Positions 1 to 9,992 are shown, counted from the stretch's first letter. The stretch is 64,000 nt of DNA from Bacteroidota bacterium (GCA_013285595.1 JABDHF010000005.1:5777-69776); one strand, 5' to 3'. A program made the numbers and translations. Notes: a model not told the origin generated them from the letters alone.

Positions 1-702
1 TACCAGCTTCACCTGGGTTGATTTGCCACCCGGAGAAACGTAATCGACAGTTATATCTCCGTATACCGACATAGAGCCAGTGCGCTTAAATGTAAAGCTG
101 AGCTGTGGCTGTTTATTTTCGTTGGGCGCTACTGCAATATCTGCCAGGCTTACATTACCGTCATAATCTCCTACCCGTATTATAGTAGGAATAGTGATGC
201 CAAATATTGGTTTCAATTCTATAGATATTGCGGCTGAATCTTTCTTAGTCTTTTCTCCCAGTGGCTTTTCTTCCGGCACCGCCCTGAAATAAAGATGCGA
301 CCGGTATTCTCCGGGCTTCAATTCGTTTGTTTTTACCAGCTGCATTTTCACCACCTGGGCTTCGTTTGGTGCAAGAATTACCTTACGCGGGAAAAAACGA
401 AGAAACGGGTCAGCGAAGTTCTGCCCGGGTTCCGGTGTTGTTATTTGCTCAAAAGATCCGTCCTCATTCATTTTTATATTCTGTACAGATATTACATAGG
501 TTGCGGTGTCCTTGCCAACGTTGGCAAGGTTGATCTCCTGGGATTTTTTTGAACCTTCAAATACTATTCGCAGCGGAGATATGAGCAGGTCGCCCTGTGC
601 ATTTGCCTTCGCGCCGGAAAACATGATCACCATTCCGCAAACAAAAGACCTGATCGCTAACTGGAAAGCATAGCAAGCTCCCTGACTAGTAGATTTAATC
701 AT
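1..702 (-). CDS. PapD-like fimbrial/pilus assembly chaperone (3' end outside window)
   Basis: Manual translation of the minus strand from ATG at 702, open to position 1: MIKSTSQG...AKANAQGDLLISPLRIVFEGSKKSQEINLANVGKDTATYVIS...FLRFFPRKVILAPNEAQVVKM...PGEYRSHLYFRAVP...IFGITIPTIIRVG. Signal peptide plus PapD_N-like motifs (ISPxRIVF, PxxxxLxPxExQxV, EYRSHL). Not in the ORF track because it lacks a stop. Confidence 0.85.
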   Translation of the reverse strand, partial: MIKSTSQGACYAFQLAIRSFVCGMVIMFSGAKANAQGDLLISPLRIVFEGSKKSQEINLANVGKDTATYVISVQNIKMNEDGSFEQITTPEPGQNFADPFLRFFPRKVILAPNEAQVVKMQLVKTNELKPGEYRSHLYFRAVPEEKPLGEKTKKDSAAISIELKPIFGITIPTIIRVGDYDGNVSLADIAVAPNENKQPQLSFTFKRTGSMSVYGDITVDYVSPGGKSTQVKLV

Positions 703-778
703 AATTATTTTTTTATGTTTAATATAATTTAGCTGAAAGTCTATGATATGACTTTCGTATTGGTATATCGTATCCCGA

Positions 779-1315
779 TTAATTATAGTTTACTGTCACC
801 GGCACGGCAGTAGCATTTGTATATGTTCCGGAATGCTGTCCGGCAGATACACTTAACGATGCGCCTACAGTAAGTATTTGTGTGCCACTCACACTTAATA
901 ACCCTGTGGCCGAAGGACTGCTTGTAAACGAGGCCACCGTCATACTGGAAGAAGCCGGCCCTGAAATAACAGCGCTCGACGGTAAAGTTATTGCGTAAGT
1001 GTAGTTTGGCGCTCCGGACACTGTGAAAGAAGCAGCAGAAACCGTTCCTGCCGTTGCGGGTAGCGTTACACCGGCACCAGTTGTTGACCGGGAACTTGCG
1101 GGGTTGAGTACTACTGTACCCCCTGCGCCTACCGCCACCGCTGCGTTACCAAAATTCATGTCTACCGTTTTTGCAAGAGACACCGGCGCTATCACATTTG
1201 CAGAGACAGATGCAGTTGCAGTTGCCTGCGCACGCGAAACATTAGTACCGGCAAGCATTACAGCGATACAACTTATTGACAGAAAGCTTACTTTTTTGAT
1301 GCCTGTGATTTTCAT
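779..1315 (-). CDS. DUF4402-family pilin-like secreted protein (copy 1)
   Basis: Signal peptide ending SRA-Q, ATATASVSANVI N-terminal strand, DMNFG motif, C-terminal VPVTVNYN; paralogous to four genes at 7.9-10.7 kb. Confidence 0.85.
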   Translation of the reverse strand: MKITGIKKVSFLSISCIAVMLAGTNVSRAQATATASVSANVIAPVSLAKTVDMNFGNAAVAVGAGGTVVLNPASSRSTTGAGVTLPATAGTVSAASFTVSGAPNYTYAITLPSSAVISGPASSSMTVASFTSSPSATGLLSVSGTQILTVGASLSVSAGQHSGTYTNATAVPVTVNYN

Positions 1316-1571
1316 TTTTTCAATGTTTTTGTTTCGCGATAACTGCTATACAATTATCGCCACATTAATCTATATTATTAAATTAATGCCACAAGTTAAC
1401 ACCTCAAAAACATTTTTTCGAACGTTATTAACAACTCAAAAGTAAATAAATTTTTATAATTATCTATAAAATAGTGAATAATTATTAAAAAAAATCTGAA
1501 CAACGGCCATTTTATCCGCTTTTACCAAAAAAAATACCAGGATTTCAAAGAACTTATAAAAATTATAGCAA

Positions 1572-1982
1572 TTAGTTTACTTCGCTCAGGCGGGTAAGAT
1601 GTTTTGTCTTGCTAAACATCTTTTGCAGTGACGAGCTTATTTTATCAAGGTCGTCTTCACCTTTTATCACATAATCAAACGCACCGGATTTAAGAGCATT
1701 GATGGCTATCTGCATATCTCTTTGGCCAGATATCAGTATAAGATAGATATCGGGGTTGAGCCTATTGATCTTTTCAATTACTTCCAGCCCGTTGTAAGGC
1801 CTCATATCATAATCAAGAAAAATAATATCGGGTTGCAGATTTAGTTTATTGATGCAATCAAGTCCGTTATCGAACAGGATATTGTCTTTAAAACCGAGAT
1901 TTTTCAAATGCTGGCTATAACGCATCCTGCAAAAAGGGTCGTCATCTACTATGAAAAATTTCGGAAGCTTTGGGGTTTGCAT
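1572..1982 (-). CDS. Single-domain response regulator (receiver only)
   Basis: FIVDDD, IIFLDY phosphoacceptor, ISG, GAFDYVIK; 136 aa with no output domain. Confidence 0.9.
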   Translation of the reverse strand: MQTPKLPKFFIVDDDPFCRMRYSQHLKNLGFKDNILFDNGLDCINKLNLQPDIIFLDYDMRPYNGLEVIEKINRLNPDIYLILISGQRDMQIAINALKSGAFDYVIKGEDDLDKISSSLQKMFSKTKHLTRLSEVN

Positions 1983-2004
1983 ATTCTTTGTTTTGAATTA
2001 TATT

Positions 2005-2020
2005 TGCCAATAACATGCCA
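2005..2020 (-). promoter_or_regulatory. sigma-54 -24/-12 promoter of the single-domain response regulator
   Basis: Minus strand reads TGGCATGTTATTGGCA = GG-N10-GC, about 23 nt upstream of the ATG at 1982. Confidence 0.75.
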
Positions 2021-2075
2021 CTTATTCAATTTTGCTGATAATCAGCGTTTTATAAATTGATTAAGCAAAATAGAT

Positions 2076-2108
2076 TCCATCAACTAGATGATTTTTCCAT
2101 TAATTGGA
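2076..2108. promoter_or_regulatory. Tandem palindromic enhancer-like site (TCC-N7-RGA)x2
   Basis: TCCATCAACTAGA TGATTTT TCCATTAATTGGA; same pattern and spacing (56-57 bp to the -24 GG) as sites at 7783, 9273 and 10069; CTGATAATCAG palindrome at 2035-2045. Confidence 0.65.
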
Positions 2109-2155
2109 ATTGGGAAATAGAAATTTTTAGTACATTTATTTAAAATTTCCATGTT

Positions 2156-3508
2156 ATGGAGCATTTCAAAATTTTTATAGTTGAAGATGATCCGTGGTAC
2201 GGCGAGATCTTGGGATATCATCTTTCTCTGAATCCCGATCATGAGATACACCGGTTTTTAACCGGTAAAGAATGCCTTGCCGCTTTAACTAAAAAGCCAG
2301 GGCTTATAACTATAGATTACTCTCTCCCTGACATGAACGGAGTGGAGCTGCTGAAGAAGATAAAGCAGCACGATCCACATATTCCCGTTGTAGTTATCAG
2401 CGGACAGGAGGATGTGAGCACTGCGGTAGACCTGCTGAAACAGGGAGCATCGGATTACTTCATTAAGGATGACAATACCAAGGAGCTGCTGTGGAATGCG
2501 GTAAACCGTATAAAAGACCACCAGTCGCTGGTAAAAGAGGTGGAAGACCTTAAAGAAGAGCTTGGCCAAAAATATGAGTTTGACAAAGCGATAAAAGGTA
2601 ACAGCCCGTCTATACTAAGGATATTTTCTTTATTAGAAAAAGCTTCGCGAACAAATATCAATGTATCTATTACGGGAGAAACCGGAACAGGTAAGGAAGT
2701 AGTGGCAAAAGCCATTCATTACAACTCTGATAGAAAGAAGAAGCCATTTGTGGCCGTGAACATGGCTGCGATACCGCGAGAGCTGATAGAGAGCGAACTC
2801 TTCGGGCATGAAAAAGGTGCGTTCACAGGTGCACAAAACAGGAAAGCCGGGAAGTTTGAAGAAGCTAATAAAGGCACCATTTTCCTTGATGAGATTGCAG
2901 AGCTGGACCTGAGCCTGCAAAGCAAAATACTACGTGTACTACAGGAAAGAGAAGTAGTAAGGGTAGGTGGCAGCGAACATGTGGGCCTTGATGTGCGGGT
3001 AATTGTAGCCACGCATAAAAACCTGGCTGATGAAGTAAAAAAAGGAACATTCAGAGAAGATCTTTTTTACAGGATCATGGGATTGCCGGTAAATCTGCCG
3101 CCGCTTAGAGAAAGAGGCAACGATATTTTGCTGCTAGCCAAATACTTCCTCGATGAGTTTACGAAAGCCAATAAACTAGGCACCATAAATATTTCTCCGG
3201 AAGCTAAGGAGAAATTTATGAAGTACCCTTATCCTGGTAATGTGAGAGAGCTTAAAGCCGTGATAGACCTTGCTGCGGTGATGAGCGATGGGAAACAAAT
3301 AGAACCTTCTGACATTTACTTTGCATCATCTAACTCGAGTGAAATATCTGTAGCTGAAGAAAAGACGATGAAAGAATATACCTCTGATATCATTGTACAT
3401 TTCCTGAGGAAGTATGATAACAATGTGATAAAGGTTGCCGATAAGCTGGACATAGGCAAGTCGACAATTTATAAGATGATACAGAATAAGGAAATTACGA
3501 TGAACTAA
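2156..3508 (+). CDS. Sigma-54-dependent response regulator (NtrC/AtoC family; REC-AAA+-HTH)
   Basis: REC domain, Walker A GETGTGKE, intact ESELFGHEKGAFTGA, Walker B FLDEI, YPGNVREL, C-terminal Fis-type HTH (VADKLDIGKSTIY). Confidence 0.95.
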   Translation: MEHFKIFIVEDDPWYGEILGYHLSLNPDHEIHRFLTGKECLAALTKKPGLITIDYSLPDMNGVELLKKIKQHDPHIPVVVISGQEDVSTAVDLLKQGASDYFIKDDNTKELLWNAVNRIKDHQSLVKEVEDLKEELGQKYEFDKAIKGNSPSILRIFSLLEKASRTNINVSITGETGTGKEVVAKAIHYNSDRKKKPFVAVNMAAIPRELIESELFGHEKGAFTGAQNRKAGKFEEANKGTIFLDEIAELDLSLQSKILRVLQEREVVRVGGSEHVGLDVRVIVATHKNLADEVKKGTFREDLFYRIMGLPVNLPPLRERGNDILLLAKYFLDEFTKANKLGTINISPEAKEKFMKYPYPGNVRELKAVIDLAAVMSDGKQIEPSDIYFASSNSSEISVAEEKTMKEYTSDIIVHFLRKYDNNVIKVADKLDIGKSTIYKMIQNKEITMN

Positions 3509-3514
3509 CCTGGC

Positions 3515-6500
3515 ATGGCTTCGGAACAATTGCAGAACGAACTTGAGGATAAAACGGCCGCACTTGCTGCAGCCGAAGAACAGATAGTAAAGCTACATGA
3601 GGAAATAAAAAGGCTCAAAGGAAACGGGGGCACAGCTAATGGCATACAGCACGAACCAGACGACGCCAATAACCGGCTGACAGAGCTGATCAATAACCTG
3701 GATACGGGTGTGATAGTAGTAGACGAGAACAGGAAAATAGTCCTCATTAATCAAAGCTATTGCGACCTGTTTGCCATAACCGCCGATCCTTCCTCTTTGA
3801 TCGCATCTAATGGCGCTCAAATTCTTGACTCCATAAATGTTTCATTCAGCGATCCGGCAGAATACCTTTCCAGGGCTGAAAAACTTATTGCCGAGAAAAA
3901 GCCCGTATTAAAGGAAGAAATAAAGATGGCCAATGGCCGGGTATTTTACCGGGATTATATACCTGTGTTTTTCAATGGCAACTATCGTGGGCACATGTGG
4001 CAGTTTACTGATGTAACGCCGCATAAAACCATTGAAGAGACACTTGATGCACAGCGTAACTTTTATGAGCACGTGCTGAATAATATACCTGCGGATATTG
4101 CGGTATTCAGCAAAGAACACCGCTACCTGTTCCTTAACCCTATAGCCGTAAGCAAACCAGACCTAAGGAAATGGATGATAGGCAAGAATGATGAAGAGTA
4201 TTGCCTGTATACCAACAAACCCTTGTCTATTGCTGAAAAAAGGCGGGAGCTATTTAATGGAGTAAAGGATGCAAAGGTGCAGAAAGAGTGGGAAGAGAAG
4301 CTGGTAAAGCCTGATGGCAGCACAGAATACCACCTGCGCAAAATGTACCCTGTAATAGATGATAATGGCGAGGTGGATATGGTGATAGGCTATGGCATAA
4401 ACATTACCACTATAAAGAAAATACAGGAGCAGATAAAGATAAGTGAGAAGCGATACCGCGATATATTCAACTTTAGCCTGGCGTGGATATGCACCCACGA
4501 CATGCAGGGCAAAATAGTGAGCATCAATAAGGCGGCATGTGAGATACTGGAGTATACCGAAGAGGAACTTGTAGGTAAAGGCATAGAGGAGATGATACCT
4601 GAGCGCCTGCGCTCGCAATTTTCTGACACCTATCTTGCGAAAATAACTGAGGAAGGAAAGGCTGAGGGTATCATGAGCATACTGAGCAAGGGCAAGAAAA
4701 AGGCGTTTCTCCTTTACCAGAACCACCTGGTCAGCGAGCCGGGCAGTGAGCCATACGTAATAGGTTTTGCCCAGAATATCACCGAGCGCATACACGCCGA
4801 AGAAGCGCTGAAACGCAGTGAAGAGAAGTACCGGGGCATCATAGAAAATATGAACCTGGGCATGACGGAGATAGATAACGAGGAGCGCATAGTATACGCC
4901 AACCAGCGCTTCTGCGCTATGAGCGGCTACGACCTCGAGGAGCTTGCCGGCAAAAAGGCTACAGACCTCTTCCTGGAAGGAACGCACCTGCGGATGGTGA
5001 GTAACCATATCTCGCAACAGCAGCCGGGCCGCAGCCAGAGTATTGAAGTGGCCGTTAAAACCAAGAATGGCGAAAATAAATGGTGGCTGATAAGTGCGGC
5101 ACCGATACTGAACCCGGATGGAAGTGTGAAGGGCACCATAGGCATACACCTGGATATTACCAAGCAGAAAAAGCTGCAGCAGCAGCTTAGGGAAGCCAAG
5201 CTGGATGCGGATAAATCGTCGAAGTCGAAGGACGTGTTCCTGACCAATATGAGCCATGAGATACGTACGCCACTTAATGCGATCATGGGCCTGGGGAAAC
5301 TACTGGGCAAGAGCGATATAACCACCCAGCAGAAATCTTACCTGAATGGCATAGAAAGCGCAGCGGAGAACCTGCTGGGCATTATCAACGACCTGCTGGA
5401 CTTCTCTAAGATAGAGGCCGGTAAGATCACTATAGAAAATATCAGCTTTAACCTGGAAAATATCTGCCAGCAGATCGTAAATATACTGACGCATAAAACG
5501 GAAGAAAAGGGGCTATTGCTTACTTACCAGGTAGATGAACGTATAGCGCCGGCACTACTTGGCGACCCATACCGCATAAACCAGGTGTTTATGAACATGC
5601 TGAGCAATGCCATCAAGTTTACGGAGCATGGGTCTATTTCGTTGAATGCTCAGCTGATAGAGGAAAAAGAGGAGGAGCAAAAGGTGGTGATCACCATAAA
5701 GGATACCGGTGTGGGTATAAAGGAAGAGTATATAGACAAGCTGTTTGATAAGTTTACCCAGGAGGATGAAACGGTGGTGCGGAAGTTTGGCGGCACTGGC
5801 CTGGGCATGAGCATTACCCGGCAACTGATGGAACTGATGGGGGGCAGTATACAGGTGGAAAGCCAGAAAAATGTGGGCACAACTATTATACTCAGCTTTA
5901 ACTTTAAGATAGGTGTGTCGAGGGTGATAGAGAAGAAGAAGACCATAAAGAATGATACGAGCAACATAAGCGGCAAGAAGATACTGCTGGTGGAAGATAA
6001 TAACCTGAACCGGCTGCTGGCGCATACTATACTTACGGAATATGGCGGCATAATTACCGAGGCTGTAAACGGCGCAGAAGCCGTGGAACTGATGAGGGAT
6101 AACACCTATGACGTGGTGCTGATGGACATACAGATGCCGGTGATGGATGGCATACAGGCTACCAAGATCATACGGAAGGACATAAATACCACCACCCCTA
6201 TAATAGCGCTAACTGCCAATGCCATAAAGGGCAAGCTGGAAGAATACCTGCAGGCGGGCATGGATGACTTCATCTATAAGCCATATGACGAGATAAAGCT
6301 TGTGAACCCGATCTCTAAATGGATCAATAAAATGCCGCTGGCGGCTGGCGGTGCGCGGGCAACGGAAGAGGTGAGCCATGTGGCGCCTGCGGCGCCTGTA
6401 CAGGAAACTGTGATAGCAGCACCATCGCCTACCGCGGCAAAACAACCGGTTGTGCTGGAGGAGGTGGACTTGAGCGGCCCGCTATATGACCTGACGACCT

Positions 6501-6817
6501 TAAAGAACATAGGCAGGAATGATATGGGCTTTATTACCAAGATGCTGCAGCTATTCGTAGAGGAAACGCCACCGGCAGCACATAAGATAAAGGAAGCATA
6601 CGATGCCGGTGATTTTGCTACGGTAAAGTATCTTGCTCATCGTATGAAGCCATCTATAACCAATATGGGGATATTGAGCATTAAGAACGAGATATTGCAA
6701 ATAGAGCTGCAGGCCGAAAAAGCCACCCGAACTGCTGAACTGGACAACTTTGTACATAAGGTGTATACGGTGGTGGATGCGGTGGTGGCTCAGCTGAAGC
6801 TGGAGTATACGTTGTAA
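3515..6817 (+). CDS. Cytoplasmic hybrid histidine kinase: about 4 PAS, HisKA, HATPase, REC, Hpt
   Basis: FLTNMSHEIRTPLNAI H-box, NMLSNAIKFT, DTGVG and GGTGLG boxes, LLVEDN...VLMDIQMP receiver, C-terminal LAHRMKPS Hpt; no obvious TM helix. Confidence 0.95.
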   Translation: MASEQLQNELEDKTAALAAAEEQIVKLHEEIKRLKGNGGTANGIQHEPDDANNRLTELINNLDTGVIVVDENRKIVLINQSYCDLFAITADPSSLIASNGAQILDSINVSFSDPAEYLSRAEKLIAEKKPVLKEEIKMANGRVFYRDYIPVFFNGNYRGHMWQFTDVTPHKTIEETLDAQRNFYEHVLNNIPADIAVFSKEHRYLFLNPIAVSKPDLRKWMIGKNDEEYCLYTNKPLSIAEKRRELFNGVKDAKVQKEWEEKLVKPDGSTEYHLRKMYPVIDDNGEVDMVIGYGINITTIKKIQEQIKISEKRYRDIFNFSLAWICTHDMQGKIVSINKAACEILEYTEEELVGKGIEEMIPERLRSQFSDTYLAKITEEGKAEGIMSILSKGKKKAFLLYQNHLVSEPGSEPYVIGFAQNITERIHAEEALKRSEEKYRGIIENMNLGMTEIDNEERIVYANQRFCAMSGYDLEELAGKKATDLFLEGTHLRMVSNHISQQQPGRSQSIEVAVKTKNGENKWWLISAAPILNPDGSVKGTIGIHLDITKQKKLQQQLREAKLDADKSSKSKDVFLTNMSHEIRTPLNAIMGLGKLLGKSDITTQQKSYLNGIESAAENLLGIINDLLDFSKIEAGKITIENISFNLENICQQIVNILTHKTEEKGLLLTYQVDERIAPALLGDPYRINQVFMNMLSNAIKFTEHGSISLNAQLIEEKEEEQKVVITIKDTGVGIKEEYIDKLFDKFTQEDETVVRKFGGTGLGMSITRQLMELMGGSIQVESQKNVGTTIILSFNFKIGVSRVIEKKKTIKNDTSNISGKKILLVEDNNLNRLLAHTILTEYGGIITEAVNGAEAVELMRDNTYDVVLMDIQMPVMDGIQATKIIRKDINTTTPIIALTANAIKGKLEEYLQAGMDDFIYKPYDEIKLVNPISKWINKMPLAAGGARATEEVSHVAPAAPVQETVIAAPSPTAAKQPVVLEEVDLSGPLYDLTTLKNIGRNDMGFITKMLQLFVEETPPAAHKIKEAYDAGDFATVKYLAHRMKPSITNMGILSIKNEILQIELQAEKATRTAELDNFVHKVYTVVDAVVAQLKLEYTL

Positions 6818-7560
6818 TGCGTTTCTGAACCTAATGGCAATTTCATTTGATCAGATCTTTTCATCATCGTCATAATGCGATACCTTCGGCATCGTTCTTC
6901 TATTTTGTATCGTTTTTTGCTATAAATGTGTGATGTCTTCAGCATCATGACATGTTTTTGGCGAAACCTGTTGCTTTCGCGTATAATCCATTCTTATAAT
7001 GAAACGCCATCAATAATACCAAAAAAGACATCCCCCTTGCCCCTTCGCTCATGCACATAACCACGCCACAAGGGGTATACACCATCAAAATCGTTTAGCT
7101 TAAGAACCTAAATTCATCTTTTTGATAACCGGCTATTATTACACCAGATCTACAACGGGTACATATATAAAAGTGGGGAGGACTTCCCTATTTTTTACTA
7201 ATTGTATTAGTTTTCATGATATTCGCAAATTTTAGTGTGTTGGTCCCAAACCAGGGATGCAGCACATTACTTTCTCCACCGTCACACGCTATAGACCTGG
7301 AATTTTGAGAGAAAATGGAACCAGCCATGGATAAGGTTTTCAGGGTGTTTTTGGGGGAGCGGCCTCTATCTTTTTTCTGCTATGTTTTTTGCTATGAAAG
7401 TGATTATTTTAACCGCAGCGACGCAAAGCTTATATATATCATATATTTAATTAAATGTCTTAATTTTAAATTACAGGAAAATTACAGCTATTAAATCTGA
7501 ATGAGAACTATGACTCCGGTACGAGCTGCGCGAGGCTACTAAAGATCGCCCGCTACAAGA

Positions 7561-7667
7561 AATTGTGGCTTTACGATGAATTGCGCAGGGCAACCGCAAG
7601 GGATTGCCCCATAGGGAATTGTGGTTCCGGGTGAATATGTGGGCAATCGAAACATATTGCCTCTATA
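7561..7667. repeat. Two decayed tandem REP-like units with GGGCAA...TTGCC hairpins
   Basis: AATTGTGG...TGAAT...GGGCAACCGCAAGGGATTGCCC (7588-7609) followed about 55 bp later by AATTGTGG...TGAAT...GGGCAATCGAAACATATTGCCT (7641-7662). Confidence 0.5.
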
Positions 7668-7782
7668 CGCCTAACTACTTTGCTTGTATGCGTAAAAAAT
7701 ACTAAAATATACCCACTCCCAAATTTGGATTTTTCTTTTCCTATTTCTATGTTTTAAAATTATTTCCATTATTTATCCAATA

Positions 7783-7885
7783 TCCATAAAATGGAAAATT
7801 CATCCTTTTTTGGGAATAATTGAGCATGCACCAAAGGGAAAGTGTATTGAAAATCAATTGTTTGCATTTTTGGCATATCGTTGGT
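7783..7885 (+). promoter_or_regulatory. Enhancer pair, TTGA-N3-TCAA palindrome and sigma-54-like promoter
   Basis: TCCATAAAATGGA AAATTCA TCCTTTTTTGGGA (7783-7815); TTGAAAATCAA (7847-7857); TGGCATATCGTTGGT (7871-7885, GG-N10-GT). Confidence 0.7.
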
Positions 7886-7951
7886 AATGTACTATGCAAA
7901 CTTAAACAAACTCAATACTCAAACGCTCAACTCAAACTTAAAAGAAACAAA

Positions 7952-8470
7952 ATGAAAAATCTAATAAAAACTATCGTCACCACAGCAGCAGTATTAGGAT
8001 GCACTTCGTCGTCTTTTGCACAGGCAACAGCTACGGCATCTTCATCTGCTACCATTATCACCCCTATTTCCATTGCCAAAACAGTGGACATGAACTTTGG
8101 TAATCTTGCTGTTTCGGGTACTTTGTCTGGTACAACTACCCTGGCGCCTGCAGGCACACGCACTACGGGCGGCGCAGGTGGTGTAACCCTGCCGGCTACT
8201 ACCGGTACTGTTTCCGCAGCAAGCTTTACGGTAACGGGCCAGGGTGGCTACAGTTATATTATCACCCTGCCTACGAGCTGCACACTTACTTCAGCGGGCC
8301 ATACAATGATCATGGGTAGCTTTACCAGCAGCCCATCGGTGACCGGCCTTTTGGCACCTGGAGGCACACAAACACTTACCGTAGGCGCAACCCTAACCGT
8401 ATCGGCTGCACAAGCCGCAGGAACCTATACCAATGCAGCCGGGGTACCGGTTACCGTAAACTATAACTAA
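7952..8470 (+). CDS. DUF4402-family pilin-like protein (copy 2)
   Basis: Start moved to ATG 7952 (MKNLIKTIV..., matching paralogs); [17 protein letters not shown]. Confidence 0.88.
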   Translation: MKNLIKTIVTTAAVLGCTSSSFAQATATASSSATIITPISIAKTVDMNFGNLAVSGTLSGTTTLAPAGTRTTGGAGGVTLPATTGTVSAASFTVTGQGGYSYIITLPTSCTLTSAGHTMIMGSFTSSPSVTGLLAPGGTQTLTVGATLTVSAAQAAGTYTNAAGVPVTVNYN

Positions 8471-8471
8471 A

Positions 8472-8996
8472 ATGAAACTGCTATATAAACTGCTTCTTAC
8501 AACAGTTGTTGTATCGGGGCAAGCGATAAACTCACTTGCCCAAAATAATGCGACTACAGCCAGCGCCTCGGCAGCGGTGATAACGCCAATAACCGTAGTT
8601 AAAAATGTAGATATGAGCTTTGGCAACATGGCAGTATCTCCATCAACTCCGGGATCAGTGATGCTATCGCCATCGGGTATACGCAGCACCGGTGGCGCAG
8701 GCGGGGTAACGCTCCCGGCAACTACCGGCACCGTATCTCCCGCAAGCTTTACCGTATCTGGCCAGGGTAATTATACATTTGCAATAACGCTTCCAACGTC
8801 CTGCATCATCAATGATGGCAGTGGCAATACAATGACAGGTGATGCTTTTACCAGTAACCCTGTATCTACCGGCATATTAAATATCTCAGGCACAAGGATA
8901 TTAAATATAGGAGCTACTCTAAACCTGAGCGCGGGCCAGCATCCCGGGGCATATACCAATGTAAGCGGGCTGCCGATCACTGTAAATTATAACTGA
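8472..8996 (+). CDS. DUF4402-family pilin-like protein (copy 3, more divergent)
   Basis: Starts 1 nt after the stop of copy 2; SLA-Q, DMSFG, LPITVNYN. Confidence 0.88.
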   Translation: MKLLYKLLLTTVVVSGQAINSLAQNNATTASASAAVITPITVVKNVDMSFGNMAVSPSTPGSVMLSPSGIRSTGGAGGVTLPATTGTVSPASFTVSGQGNYTFAITLPTSCIINDGSGNTMTGDAFTSNPVSTGILNISGTRILNIGATLNLSAGQHPGAYTNVSGLPITVNYN

Positions 8997-9272
8997 CCTC
9001 TCCCCCCAACCCCTCCACAATGAGAGGGAGATATGATACCAATTGGAAGGCTGATGCGAAAGAATTTAGTATCTATGTGTTGCATTCCACCCACTCTAGG
9101 TTGGCCTCCTCTTGTTCCCACGCTGTTTCTACGGTAGCTATTGTTATTATTCACCAGGGTTATGTAATGGCAATTTCTTGAGCTCGCCTTCCGAAATCTT
9201 CCTTCTGGCATTGGATCATCCTTGTTCAGACAGGCTTTTTAAAGGTTCTATATCTGAAGTAGCTAAATAATG

Positions 9273-9374
9273 TCCACCCAACGGAAAAAATTTCCGAAAT
9301 ATGGACATTATTTTATTTGTGGCAAGCCACAAGTGATTGATCTTCAATCTATATTTTTTTGGCACGCCGTTAGC
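9273..9374 (+). promoter_or_regulatory. Enhancer pair, TTGA-N3-TCAA palindrome and sigma-54 promoter
   Basis: TCCACCCAACGGA AAAAATT TCCGAAATATGGA (9273-9305); TTGATCTTCAA (9337-9347); TGGCACGCCGTTAGC (9360-9374, canonical GG-N10-GC). Confidence 0.78.
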
Positions 9375-9420
9375 ATATTATTAACAAACAAACCACTCAA
9401 AACACCTTAAAAACACACAA

Positions 9421-9939
9421 ATGAAAAACCTCATCAAGACCATTGTAACAGCATCTGCAGTATTAGGGTGCGCTTCATCAAGCTTTGCCCAGGCAAGTGC
9501 AACGGCATCTATCAACACCACGGTTATCACCCCCATCGCTATTACCAAAACCACAGACCTGAATTTTGGTAATATAGCAGTATCTGCAACACTTGCCGGT
9601 ACAGCTACCCTGGCCCCGGCAGGCACACGCAGCACAGGTGGCGCCGGTGGCGTAACACTACCAGCTACCACCGGTACCGTTACGGCTGCGGCCTTTACCG
9701 TATCTGGCCAAGGTAATTATTCTTATATTATCAGCTTGCCAGCAAGCTGCACGATCACATCGGCAGGGCATACAATGACGATGGCCTCTTTTACCAGCAA
9801 CCCATCAGCAACCGGCCTTCTTAGTGCAGGCGGATCGCAAGCACTGACTGTAGGCGCTACACTGACAGTAGCTGCTGCACAACCAGCGGGTACTTATACC
9901 AATGTAACAGGTGTGCCAGTAACGGTAAACTATAACTAA
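9421..9939 (+). CDS. DUF4402-family pilin-like protein (copy 4)
   Basis: [17 protein letters not shown]; 162/172 identical to copy 5 by manual alignment. Confidence 0.9.
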   Translation: MKNLIKTIVTASAVLGCASSSFAQASATASINTTVITPIAITKTTDLNFGNIAVSATLAGTATLAPAGTRSTGGAGGVTLPATTGTVTAAAFTVSGQGNYSYIISLPASCTITSAGHTMTMASFTSNPSATGLLSAGGSQALTVGATLTVAAAQPAGTYTNVTGVPVTVNYN

Positions 9940-9961
9940 GCTACGCAATCAACCCAATAAT

Positions 9962-9992
9962 AAACCTTCTGCATGCGTGCAGAAGGTTTTTT
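9962..9992 (+). terminator. Rho-independent terminator
   Basis: AAACCTTCTGCA-TGCG-TGCAGAAGGTTT followed by a T run. Confidence 0.8.

Noticed and set aside
1376-1520. Possible sigma-54 box TGGCATTAATTTAAT (minus strand, 1391 downward) and weak TCY-N7 palindromes upstream of pilin copy 1
   Set aside because: -12 element is AT rather than GC/GT, and the enhancer and middle palindrome are not at the conserved spacing; too weak to call
4250-5257. 335-aa antisense ORF inside the kinase
   Set aside because: Shadow of a well-supported gene; no motifs; explained by codon bias
6840-7010. Possible gene remnant on the minus strand (MAFHYKNGLYAKATGFAKNMS...)
   Set aside because: Short, interrupted and not recognisable without a search
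7820-7951. 44-aa N-terminal extension of the DUF4402 ORF in the track
   Set aside because: TTG start that overlaps the promoter elements; paralogs start at MKNL (7952)
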